Assembly: GCF_006345805.1 (NCBI RefSeq)
Contig: NC_043006.1
Coordinates: forward strand, 76,198,001 to 76,262,000
Source: Octopus sinensis
Taxonomy: Eukaryota
DNA: 64,000 bases
Direction of reading: 5' to 3'
The notes under the pieces are model-generated. The model had not been told where the DNA came from. It did no database searches and saw only the letters and a program-made list of their open reading frames with translations. Below are positions 40,364-53,410 of this stretch, one piece after another. A program made the position numbers and the translations under genes. The number at the start of each line of letters is the position of its first letter. Position 1 is the first letter of the stretch.

Positions 40364-40781
40364 AAGGTGGCGAGCTGCCAGAAACGTTGGCGTGCCGGGC
40401 GGAATCCTTAGCGGTATTTCGTCTGCCGCTACGTTCTGAGTTCAAATTCCGCCGAGGTCGACTTTGCCTTTCATCCTTTCGGGGTCGATAAATTAAGTAC
40501 CAGTTACGCACTGGGGTCGATGTAATCGACTTAATACCTATGTCTGTCCTTGTTTGTCTCCTCTGTGTTTAGCCCCTTGTGGGTAGTAAATAAATAGGTA
40601 TTTCCTCTGCCGCTACGTTCTGAGTTCAAATTCCGCCGAGTCGACGTTGCCTTTCATCCTTTCGGGGTCGATAAATTAAGTACCAGTTACGCACTGGAGT
40701 CGAAGCAATCGACTTAATCCCTTATGTGTTCTTGTTTGTCCTCTCTATGTTTAGCAACCCTGTTGGCAATAAAAATATAAG
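40364..40781 (+). mobile_element. SINE family A dimer, 184-bp period
   Basis: GGTATTTC at 40413 and 40597. Confidence 0.92.
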
Positions 40782-40988
40782 TATAACAGTACTAAATAGG
40801 CATTTTAAAGCATCGTTTTGAATATTTCATAATGTGACATACAGTTTCTATGACAATAATATATGCGTATCCTATTATGTTTATCGACACTAGTTTACCA
40901 TTATATTCTCATTTCACTATGTGACACAGGTGGTATTATATAACAATTGCCATAGCATATTTGCATTAAAATATTAATTAATTATGTG

Positions 40989-41172
40989 CAAAATGCTTAA
41001 GGGTATTTCGTCCGTCTTTGCGTTCTGAGCTCAAATTCTGCCGCGGTCGACTTCACCTTTAATCCTTTCGGGATCAATAAATTAAGTATCAATGAAACAC
41101 TGGGGTCGATTTAATCGACTAGTCCTCTCCCCAAAAATTTCAGGCCTTGTGCCTATAGTAGAAAGGAGTATT
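40989..41172 (+). mobile_element. SINE family A with A2 tail, 5'-clipped
   Basis: Core plus TAGTCCTCTCCCCAAAAATTTCAGGCCTTGTGCCTATAGTAGAAAGG tail. Confidence 0.85.
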
Positions 41173-42339
41173 AATTAGTTTTGTATACGTTTCTAATATT
41201 GTCAATTTTACTTAAATCCATGCACAGTTGAGTGTGACGACTTTCAAAATTTGTCGAATGTACATTAAGCAATCAAATGACTGCGAGCTTGAGATTTATA
41301 AATAGTCGTTGCAAATCAGGAGATAATGGTGAGATGGGGCCAAATCTACTTATGATATTGGTACGAGAATTCATTTTCTGCTGCTAGTGACAACTTAAGT
41401 AGTATTCATAGTGAATTGTGAAAGCGCTGAAAATACGTTGAGTGACATTCGTAAATAAGGTCACACATGATCCATCCGAGTGAAGCAGATTTAATTCCAC
41501 GAGAAGTTAATCCCGAAATAGTAATTTGGTTTAAAATGTTGAATAAGTGGAAAGTTTCTCATTATATGCAGTTGTAAAAGTGTTTTAGATTCTGTACTTT
41601 CGTCTAATTGAATCGGAATCTTACTTTTCAATAGAAAATTCTCTTTGTTTGATTGAATCAGAGTCATTATCTAGCAAGTATAGTTAATCGGTGTATGTTT
41701 TCCTGGTCAAAGGATGTCCTTATACACTTGCCTTGATATCTATAATGAAGTTATTTATTTTTTATTTTGTCATCCGTTTGTATCTTGAATGACATTGTTA
41801 CTTCTAATTCTAGTCCATCTGTATTTAGCGCTTGTTCGATACTCCCATCAATCATATACACTTAGAGAACTGAAAAGTATCCACGTTTCGTCAGAATTAT
41901 TTGATGCATACTCCATCAATATCTGTACTGCAATCCCTTGGGCATACGCAAACTATTTGTCAAAAGTTTCCATCTACATATAGTTTGGTTTCGGCCGAAC
42001 AACCATGTGATCTACCAGGATGTACCAAAATTGGAAATACTAATATGGAGTTCGGACACATCATGAGAAACCTGAGGCAACGAGAGCATAAAACTGAAGG
42101 GGTCAATGTTGGAGAGGAAAAGAGACTGACAAACCAATTTATTGTTTGATTGATTAATTAAAAGATTAGTGAACTTTCCGATTACTTAGTTTCAGTCTAG
42201 TTAGTTACTTGATTAACATTAATTAAGATAAAGGAAATAGAACCAGTGCATGGATTTTTTCTGGCAAATTGATCTTCGAAATGGAGAGCGACATTTGTTT
42301 CAACTCAAGTATTTCCTGTCAAGAATTATGTGTATAAAT

Positions 42340-42389
<50 letters not shown>

Positions 42390-42569
42390 ATATATATGTA
42401 TATGTATTTATGTATGTGTATGTGTGTACGTGCGTATATGTTTGTACTCGTGTGTATGCAGCTGTATATGCTCGCGGGCACACGTGTTGGTGTGTGTGGT
42501 TATTTTGTAAATAAAACTGTCAGTAGACAGAATTTCAAGCAGGCAATCGTCCATATTATGTGTAAGGAC

Positions 42570-42657
42570 TATGTCACTAACGATGTATTCATTGGAAAAT
42601 CTCAAGCCTTATGGTTATGTCACTAACGATATATTTCTTTGGAAAATCTCAAGCCTT
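42570..42657. repeat. Local tandem duplication, 46-bp period, 2 copies
   Basis: TATGTCACTAACGAT..TTGGAAAATCTCAAGCCTT starts at 42570 and 42616. Confidence 0.9.
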
Positions 42658-43149
42658 CCTGAAACATGGGATCAGTTAATGTGAATGGTGGTGGGGCATG
42701 TTAGCTGTGTGAATAGCATAACGCTTCCTCGCTAGCAACGACGAAAAATCTTGCTGATTGGTTCCATATGGATACAGGTGGCAAATGAAACAGAATGAAG
42801 TCCACAACAGTGGATCCAAGACATTCGTTTCAAGTTATTTCATAGTCGGTAGAAATGTTTAATGAAAGATATTTTCAGAACTGAAGAAGGGGAAACAACA
42901 GGAAATAATAATACATTTATTCCAACCATGGCCGTTTAACTCGATGAATGGTAACTAGTGCGGGTGTGTATTGCTTGAAACAAATCTGTCTTCTCATTTA
43001 TAAGATATACCAATAAAACAATTGAGAAAAGTGAAGAAAAGAATTACTCGGAAACGGCAAAGAGTCGTTGATGACAACAGACGATAGAGACACACAGAGA
43101 ATCACACACAAGTGTGATATGTGTGTGTGTATACAATATGTATATATGC

Positions 43150-43172
43150 ATACACATGTACACACACACACT

Positions 43173-43208
<36 letters not shown>

Positions 43209-43251
43209 CATATATATATAATATACATACATATATATATAGATATATATA

Positions 43252-43300
<49 letters not shown>

Positions 43301-44245
43301 CATATATATATATATACATATATCTATATACATATATATATATACATATATATATATATATTATATATATATATATTATATATTATATATATATATTATA
43401 TATATATTATATACATATATATATTATATATATATAGGGAGAAAGAGATGGAAGGACAGACAGAGAAAGAGGCGGTGTGAGAATTCTCTTGTCCATGCAT
43501 TTCACTTCGCAGATTAGTCATTTTAATATTAATCCTTTTACATTAATATTTTGGCCACGAATATATATATTTTCGTTTCATGTACCGGCAGTACTATATG
43601 TTTACCTAACACATAAACGAAAGGAAGCCTTTGATGTACAAATATATATAACATCGGCCTCGATGTTATTAAAAGTCTTAGAACATAAATATTAATCCAC
43701 ATGTTTGTTTCCAGATATTGCCACACAATAAAAGTAATGCATGGATGAATGACACCTAAGAATGAACAAAACTACGAATACTTTTTTTTATTTTCTCCCC
43801 TCTTCCATGACGTATAAAGGAGAAAGAAAAAAACTGTTCAACTAAACTGGTATTTTGGATTCTTCAATATAATTAACTTCAAAAGGTTTATTTTCAATCT
43901 CTTGACTGCACACACTGTGTTTCAAAGAACCAGTTTCATTCACAGAATATCAGCGTCGCACTAATATTGTATTTTATAGTCTCATTGTTCCATTTCTTTT
44001 TGTCTTCCGTAGAATAGCATTAAATGGAAAACAGAACATATTGTACTTCGCTTCAAAAGAACTCAATGTTATATATTATTGGATACTCTTTCTACATTTG
44101 CGCCAAGTCCTAACTTTTACGGTGGATTCATTATACTAACATACTGTCTGAAAATGTAGACATCAATTGTTCTCCTCAACATAAATGTATCTTTATTTTT
44201 AACAACGACAAAATTCGGAATTTTGCTTCGAAGTTTTGAAGAATA

Positions 44246-44276
<31 letters not shown>

Positions 44277-44289
44277 TATATACATATAT

Positions 44290-44331
<42 letters not shown>

Positions 44332-44488
44332 ATATATATATATATATATAGATATATATATATATATATATTATATACATATATACATATATATATATAC
44401 ATATACACGTATATATGCATATACACATATATATGGATATATATATACACATATATATATGGATTTATTTTTATATGTACATATATAT

Positions 44489-44540
<52 letters not shown>

Positions 44541-44594
44541 ATACATATATATATACACATATATATGGATATATATATATACACATACATATAT

Positions 44595-44668
<74 letters not shown>

Positions 44669-44670
44669 TC
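43150..44670. repeat. Two large (TA)n/(CA)n arrays (43150-43435 and 44245-44670)
   Basis: Read directly from the sequence. Confidence 0.9.
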
Positions 44671-45280
44671 TATATTGAAATGTTCTCCTTTGATGGTGAA
44701 CAAATATTTTACATTGAAAAATGAATTTAGATATGATTTTGACCAGCCTTTGCATCTTGTTCACAATACTTCATTACAATAAACACTGTTCAGTATTAAC
44801 TGTCTCAAATCCCATCATATTGCCAATTTGGGCGTGCTCTTGCATCGTAGTAACCACATAACTTTCAGAAAATTTGACACATAAAGTATGTACTGAAAAC
44901 GTGTGATATTGCTAGTGATGTGACATGCAAATGTGGGACCTATTAGAGTGTAACGAAAGAGGAAACCATTGTTTTGTAGACCCACATTTACGCCTCAATA
45001 GTATGTATGGTGTATGATAGTCAGACCATCGAATAATTTTCGTACGCAGTAAATACGGCCAAAGAGTCCCGACCTGAATGCTCGGTTATATGATGGAATA
45101 GTTTTGCCAGCTGTTATACATAGCAATAAAACATGGAGAATATAAAATAAATTAACAGATTTCGAAAAAGTGGTTTAAGGAAACTTATGCAAGAACTTCC
45201 AAACCCTCTGGAATTATGGCAACTCCGGTACAGCAACTCCCAAGCACCAGATAATATCACAGTGAAACGGAAAGAACAGA

Positions 45281-45282
<2 letters not shown>

Positions 45283-45363
<81 letters not shown>
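45283..45363. repeat. (AG)n microsatellite
   Basis: Read directly from the sequence. Confidence 0.95.
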
Positions 45364-45366
<3 letters not shown>

Positions 45367-46029
45367 CGAGAGCAGTGGAAAGCATAAAAACAAATCCTAA
45401 AGCTTTTTATAAGTTTGTAAAGGAAACAGCCAAAATACAATATAAAATAGGATCGTTGTTACAAGGGAATGAATCACTGGCTGTGGATCCAGGAAAGATA
45501 ACTCAGTGAACAATTTAAAAGTGCCTTCACTTTCCCCCTTGGACACATTCAGATGAATTGTTTAATATTGCAGCTCTAAAAAATGGGAACGCCAAAAACC
45601 GATTACATCAACATGGAGGAGACATGTAACCGCATGTAACCGGACAAGTGTTATAATAAGTACAGTAATAAAAGGGTGACGATGTAATATATAGCACGTG
45701 TGGTTATTTGGTAAAAAAATGACCATTTCGAACAATAACAATAATGATAAGAAGGATGGCAATAAATTTGTTGTTGGTCGTGATAATGATGAGACGATGA
45801 TCTCATCATTATACTTTAGAGATGACATACAGACAAGAAGTAGTAATTTAGTGCACTAAATCATATTTATGTAGATGTGTTCCTTTGTCATGCATATTCA
45901 TCCGTTTCTTTCCAATGTTGCTTGAATTAACACGAACAACATTTCTACACTAGTGTGTTTATATTTTCTTTTGTTGTTCAAATTTTTCCTTCAGAACTTT
46001 CGTTTATCGTTTTCGAAATTTGAATAAAT

Positions 46030-46675
46030 TTTATCTAGTTTCAAACATAGGACGATGGAGTGCTCAGTACAAACCACATTAATTAAAATAAATAGAAATA
46101 GAAAAATCTTCTTCGCTTTGCATCAAGGTTCTGTTGCTCTAGAGATGTTATTACTGAAAGAACAACATAGAAATGGCTTTAAGATGGGAAAATTTGACCT
46201 TACAGTCTTTCCGTATTCCGGCCGATCTGTTCAGTTCAAAGAGGAACAATTAAACGAGCTCTGCCACGATGCCGTAATCCACTAGTGAATTGGCCCACCA
46301 GATGGGATGCTCTCATGATACCATCGCCTGTAAAATTCACTCGGCGTTAAGCTCGAAAGGATCTGATCAGCGAGACTTTCTGTTGTTCAACGCAAAAATC
46401 CTCACCCACTTCCTTCAGTCGCCAATTTGACAGAAACTGATATTCAACAACTTGGTAAGTTCTACTGTACTCACCAAATTCTCCTGATATAATGCCTTCA
46501 GATTATCATAGTTATCATATTGATATTTTCGCTCTCCAGCTGTCTGTGAGTTGTTTCGTTCAACAACATTTTGACATGGCAACGTGGCTCAGTGAGTCAA
46601 AAGCCACCGTTTTCTACGGTCAAAGCATTGATAAGCTAGTAAAAACATTGGCAAGAAGTCGGGAACAACGAAACA
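46030..46675 (+). pseudogene. Internally deleted mariner transposase remnant
   Basis: FKMGKFDL...YSGRSVQFKEEQLNEL.H (HTH; compare F..G.F.L.D..RSGRP) followed by a decayed SPD..PSDYH motif and FY.QSIDKL. Confidence 0.65.
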
Positions 46676-46692
46676 GGTTTCTTATATATGAG

Positions 46693-46756
<64 letters not shown>

Positions 46757-46759
<3 letters not shown>

Positions 46760-47074
46760 AGATACCACCACGCTTGAAATAGCAACCAAAACCCGACTCT
46801 AAACCACATTAAAACTTCATACAATACCAGAGGACAAAAAGACAAAATACACTAGCAAAGAAATTACTGGATAATTCCAGATCCCGGAACTCTGGATCTG
46901 CATAAGAAATGCCTTGCCTCATCAGTGGAATATACGTACCACATAAATACAAATATATACATACAACATTTGAATACTTATATATTCGAACGTATACATA
47001 CATATATATTTACGTATGCATACGACCAGCCTAAAATATATTTGACCATATCGCATGAGGAGTGTTAGGCGGGT
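46757..47074 (-). mobile_element. Non-coding element in (TA)n with a broken hammerhead (CUGAUGA and long stem II, GAAA half missing)
   Basis: Minus-strand CTGATGA at 46925-46919, GGCAAG/CTTTGC closing stem, inner CAGATCC/GGATCTG hairpin. Confidence 0.5.
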
Positions 47075-47130
<56 letters not shown>

Positions 47131-47135
<5 letters not shown>

Positions 47136-48101
47136 AAAGTTAAAAAAATATACAAACTGGGACAAGAACGTGAAACATTTAGAAGACGACACAAAAAAAC
47201 ACGGACGGGACATTCGAAGCCCTCAATCATCAGTCAAGAACCGGGTCATCTTCGCAATTTCGGCTGATTAATCTTGAGATTCCTCCCATCTGGGTAGCCC
47301 CCAAGGTAAATCTAAGCCAAGCACATTAGATTCCTTGGAAGAAAGCCTCGAATGTATACAACACAGGGACGGAAAACGGACGATGTTACACGAATAACGG
47401 ACGATGTTACACGAATAAAAATACCAAAAAACATAAAAACAATAATGATAGCACGAATAAGAATACAAAATACGTAAAAACAATAATAACAAAACCAGGA
47501 CGTCAGGACAAGCGTCTTTTCGACAGGACGAGTTAAGTTTGGGGCTGGCTGTGGAAGAGTACCTTATGGCCACAGGAGAACAAACAGATACGTGTTGCCA
47601 CAATGACTGCTGGATGCGAAAAGGCAGTAGTCGCTGGCTGGTCACGTGAGCACAAGAGAGAGGAGAAAGGGACAGATGAAGAGAGAAAGAAGGGGAACAA
47701 GGGAGGAGAAGAAAGAGAGGGAAAGAGACAGGTCAAGTGGGGTGTAAGCTGTGAGAGGCAGAGACATGTGGGAGAGGGGGGACGGATGAAGAGAGAAAGA
47801 AAGAAGGGAACAAGGGAGGAGAAGAAAGAGAGGGAAAGAGACAGATCAAGGGGAGTGCAAAGGGTGAAGACAGAGAAATGTAGGAGAGGGGGGGGAAGAG
47901 ACAGTGTAGTAGATTCGTACCAATGTTAGAGAGTAATATACTTACGTATAGGATCAAAAAGTGGGTACGTAACTGCCATATATGTATGTAAAATTTTAAA
48001 AAATATACAAACTGGGACAAGAACGTGAGACATTTAGAAGACGACACAAAAAAAAACACGGACGGGACATTCGAAGCCCTCAATCATCAGTCAAGAACCG
48101 G

Positions 48102-48106
<5 letters not shown>
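47131..48106. mobile_element. Direct-repeat-bounded non-coding element in (TA)n
   Basis: About 120-bp near-identical direct repeats at 47131-47249 and 47986-48106 (period 855), (TA)n on both sides, internal purine-rich duplication. Confidence 0.75.
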
Positions 48107-48142
<36 letters not shown>

Positions 48143-48185
48143 ATTCGAGACAAAACCACTATTTTAAAACCATTATATATATATA

Positions 48186-48583
48186 TTCCATGCTTCAAGT
48201 GAATCAGAACCTTAAATAGTATAAAAGTCAGATAAATGAAATCGCTATACTGTACAAAACACAATTAAAATATACGTACATATCGACATAAAGCCGGGGT
48301 TATATTACAGTTGCATGTACAATAATTGGAGTCCGACTGAATATACCACGAGTCTCAAGACTGCACCAATGTACAAACACGAATTGTACCGCACACAATC
48401 GATTCCAGATCCACGCTAATTACAGGGTCCGAGTAAGGTGAATAATAAACAAATAACAGCAGATGGATCGTGCATCATGCGTGATGAAAAGGTCTTTTTT
48501 CAAAGCATAATGTATTACTTCTATTAGTAAATATAAAACAGTTCTGAAATAGCTGTAGTGGGTGAACCACTATCCAGCTGCTT
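48186..48583. other. Unique non-coding segment between (TA)n tracts, with a possible decayed hammerhead remnant
   Basis: GTGATGA (48481-87)...GAAA-TAGCTG-TA (48546-57); core C3 is changed and stem II pairing is not evident. Confidence 0.25.
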
Positions 48584-48707
48584 ATATACGTATATATATA
48601 TATATATACCGGAGTAAACATATAAATGTGAAACAATGTAGAAAAAAGAGTACTCAAATACCAGTGGTAGAGTAATATGCTTTATTTAAAGCAGCAGAAA
48701 ATTCAAC

Positions 48708-48755
48708 AAAATCTGTTACTCTGAGTTTCTCGTTGCCGTTCATCAGACAGTTTTT
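48708..48755 (-). ncRNA. Minimal type I hammerhead ribozyme (GUA site intact)
   Basis: AAAAA-CUGU CUGAUGA ACG-GCAA-CGA GAAA CUCAGAG UA ACAG-A-UUUU: helix I CUGU/ACAG, GNRA-capped stem II, near-palindromic helix III ACUC-A-GAGU. Confidence 0.75.
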
Positions 48756-48803
48756 GCTAGAATGGAACCGATATATCAATTGATATATCGGTTCCATTCT
48801 AGC

Positions 48804-48851
48804 AAAAACTGTCTGATGAACGGCAACGAGAAACTCAGAGCAACAGATTTT
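48804..48851 (+). ncRNA. Mirror hammerhead copy with the cleavage triplet mutated to GCA
   Basis: Same motif on the plus strand; U16.1 is C at 48841, so it is probably inactive. Confidence 0.65.
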
Positions 48852-48878
48852 GTTGAATTTTCTGCTGCTTTAAATAAA

Positions 48879-48915
<37 letters not shown>

Positions 48916-48970
48916 CATACATACTTATATACATACATACATACATACATACATACATACATACATACAT

Positions 48971-49527
48971 GGTGGCTACCTCCTCGGTATCGAGTATAGC
49001 CATTGCACGAAGCTTAATCAATGCTGTTATCGTGCAATGCCTGTGCAAGAAGATTTTTTAAAGTGAGGAAAGGCTGTGCACTGAGTCAATCTCACTCACT
49101 AAGCAACAGCAGCCATAATCCGAAAAGAAGAACAAGTCAACATCATCGGTAACCACTGAGCCGCAGGTTTTATGTCGGAGTTATCCCAGTTATCTAAGTT
49201 ACCTTCTCCTAGAAGGATGCGCTAACAAACGCTAGGAGTCCTTCCCTCCCAAAGGTTTAACAGCGCGATCGGGTATTCAGTCCGATTATTTCTATGTCCC
49301 TGCGCATAATACAGCCTTAAGACATTTATTGGATGGCCGTTAACTCTCAAGAGTTCCTCCGCCTTTTGACAGGTTTTGTTTTTTATGCCGCAGGGTGACC
49401 AATAAACACCCTCCTCACCAAGCGAACTTGGTGGGGTTGCCGGTTTAGTCGCCGACGACCCGACCATGCAACAGGTTGTACTGGATTATATGTTACCAGT
49501 AGCACTCGAAAGTGCCCTGACACTAAC
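48971..49527 (-). mobile_element. About 560-bp non-autonomous retroelement (RTE 5'UTR-like plus short tail) inside (TACA)n
   Basis: GC-rich and structured, with (CATA)n on both sides. The 5' end has a UUCG hairpin followed by an HDV-like fold. No TE protein motifs. Confidence 0.6.
49440..49497 (-). ncRNA. Candidate HDV-like ribozyme
   Basis: P2 CCAGU/ACCGG, P3 ACA/UGC, L3 ACCUGU (CC pairs with GG for P1.1), P1 3' strand AUGGUC, P4 UCG-UCGG-CGA, then C(49448)-UAA. P1 5' strand, P2 and P3 each have mismatches. Confidence 0.45.
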
Positions 49528-49860
49528 ATACATACATACATACATACATGCATATATATATATATATATATATGCACCAAAATCATTCTAGAAGTTTTGA
49601 GACTTTTGTAGGAGAGGCAGTAATAACTGACCAAGATAACTAATATTTTAGTTGATGAATGTCTTTCCTGGAAATCTAATAAGGTGATCTGCCAAATTTT
49701 ATTATTCCAGTTTGTGCGAGACGGCTGTTACCCCACTTAGCACACACTCTGCTAAACACTACTTGCCACAAATAACGATAGCTGGGTTCTTGGCATTCAA
49801 TTAAATCTATTAGCAAACTGGGCCTCAACGCTACAACATTTTATCAAATATTCCATACTG

Positions 49861-50128
49861 TTAATGTATTAAGTTTTTCAGACAGTTCCAACTTGTTTCC
49901 TTTAACTTTAGCTGTTTCCTAAATTGAAGGAGAACCTCAGAAGCAATCATTTTGACAAGGGGCTGTGACAAGGGGTCTTGGACATCTTCACCTTCGAGGG
50001 CTTCCATGAAGCCTTCATAAAGTGGTTGGACAACTATAACAAGAACATTGAAGTTCGAGGATCTTAATTTGAAGAACATTGGAGTTTGTATTTCTCCGAA
50101 ATTATTTAATGTCTTTCCTGGATATATC
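49861..50128 (-). other. Unidentified coding-like segment (possible exon or decayed gene)
   Basis: TTTTTCAG acceptor-like site followed by an 88-codon open frame (IYPGK..VQPLYEGFMEALEGEDVQDPLSQPLVKMIASEVLLQFRKQLK..); no family recognised. Confidence 0.2.
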
Positions 50129-51134
50129 TGAAAAATTCTGGAAACTCACCCTCTATACATGTAATACACTTTCATTTGTTGATAGTACTACATACAGTCA
50201 CTTAAGCAGAAATATTAATCTTCACAGAAATTGTATATCGTAAAGTATATTTTCGAGTGCGTACTTCATTTCTTGAGAAGTCGGTGTGTTATCTAATATG
50301 ATTTAACCTCGCTTCTTATAGGTCGATACTTTGAAGAACTTCGTTGTCTCAACAATTATCATACGTTGAATAAATGCCTTGCAGTGTGTACTTGTAACTT
50401 ATCACTTTCTAATTCTACATACTCACGAGGATACCGTTCGCATATTATTGTATGCGGTCGATAATGTAATATGAATGCGTTTCTTTGATAATATATCGAT
50501 GAAACAAAATAGGTTTCTTCACAAATTTAATACAAGTTTAGAGAGATCAATTAACAGAGCATTGTACCTATCCAATCATTTAAGGTTTTCTCCGAAATTT
50601 TAAACAGATTCGAATCAAACCATTGATATATCCATTGGTAGTTATATCATCCTTAAATATCCAAAGTTATGATAAGCATCTTTACTTTGATGTAGATACG
50701 ACGAAGCGTGATAACAGCTGTTAAATTATTTGAATATAGAGCTTCTCCGTAAGATGAAGGAGTATGTTTCTAGTTTAATATTTAAAGTTGATATGATCAA
50801 GCATCTACTATTTCTAATACTTCCGAGCCCGTAAATGCAGAGCCTTTCATGAAACTTCTCATACCGTTGAAATGAGAAGTGTTACTAATTTCAATAAAAC
50901 CTGACTATTTCTATCAATGTATGATTTGAATGACAAGTTTATTCTATGATTTGATTCCTGATTTACTATCATTTTTAACATTTGTATATAAAAATATAAT
51001 TTAATCTTAGCTTAGAAAGTTGTGTGAACCCGACGAGCTAGACTCCTCTAAGGAACCTACGAATCTTTAAGTTACTTGGAAACGAGTCAAACGGTTTTAA
51101 ATAATAATAATGACCCGGTGACATATGGATCAAT

Positions 51135-52084
<950 letters not shown>

Positions 52085-52110
52085 CAATGATAATGATGAC
52101 GATGATGATA

Positions 52111-52157
<47 letters not shown>

Positions 52158-52865
52158 AATGATGACGATAGTGATGCTGATATAATAATACTTTTACTAG
52201 GGACTGTAAGGATGTTTAGGAAGGTTCTTGGCATCTAATGTTACTTGTAATCCAACGTTAGGAATGTTCCTTTTCCAACAGTTTAACCTGTTGTGCGTAT
52301 AGGAAAAATGAATGATATATATATAAGAAATTAAGATAAACAGAGTTTTATACCATTTGTTCTTACTTACGTATCACCCTTATTGCACTCTGAAATTCTG
52401 TATTGGATGTCCCAAGTGCAGTTGGTTACTTAACCGCAAAAGATCTTCAGGGAAAAAATTTGTGTTATGTTACACAAACATTAGTTCTCTATAAAATAAT
52501 GAAATAAATCATTCCCCTATGATCCATTGTAGTTGAGCACCTTATTACACTTAGATGGAATGTCCAAAGCATAGTTCCAAACAACCAAAATGGTGAATCG
52601 CATGTCGGGACAGATGAGATACATACATACATAAACTTGTGCTTATGTTAATTTCTCCTACATTTCCGCTGTATATCATTACCAGTAATACTGATAAATG
52701 TAGTGGTAGCTTAGCCATTATACGGAAGCGGACTGGTTGATGACAATTTTCACGGTGCCTTAAACGTAACAGTGGCAGGCGCACATCTAGTTTACACACG
52801 ATACACTATGTGTGTATAGTGTGTGTGTGTGTGAGAGAGAGAGAGAGGTACATGCATTGTTTAAT

Positions 52866-52874
52866 GATAGATAA

Positions 52875-52959
<85 letters not shown>

Positions 52960-52960
52960 A
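52866..52960. repeat. (GATA)n microsatellite
   Basis: Read directly from the sequence. Confidence 0.95.
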
Positions 52961-53410
52961 TGGTTGATAGATAGATATACGTTGCTTACCAAATTTACAC
53001 ATCAATAATTTACGTGTAATGCAAAAGATAACTTCTGATGCTATCTGGTCATAGTGTAATATACTTTTAAATTTTCTATTTGCGGGAGGAGATTAACATG
53101 TCATAAATAATTCTGTATCCTCCAAATTGTATTTGCCAACTGTGTTTCATTTGATATAGCTCTTGCTATTATAGCACTGTTTAATATAATTTATAAGCAA
53201 TTCATAAATGTGTTTCAACTGCGAAAATATAAAATATTTGCAATTATACAATATCATTAAAATATATATATATTTTCCATTAGCAACGAACATGTTTATC
53301 ATATCTATAGTATATGTACAATTATTCAGTAAAACAGAGTTAGAAGAACGCTAAAGCATGTTATGTGCAGCTAAATACAGCTTAGCAATCTTCGTCTAAA
53401 TTTATGAAAA

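Larger units (their letters stand above)
48609..48884. mobile_element. Fold-back element: leader plus 200-bp zero-spacer palindrome carrying hammerheads
   Basis: Arms 48680-48779 and 48780-48879, centre CAA|TTG, one mismatch (48718/48841); flanked by (TA)n. Confidence 0.85.

Noticed and set aside
47205-47270. Type II hammerhead reading (GAAA before CUGAUGA)
   Set aside because: Helix I cannot form and there is no valid NUH triplet in this copy; kept only as an orphan motif.
52551-52799. Signal-peptide-like first exon MAKLPLHLSVLLVMIYSG
   Set aside because: Short hydrophobic stretch with no strong splice or homology support; chance is likely.
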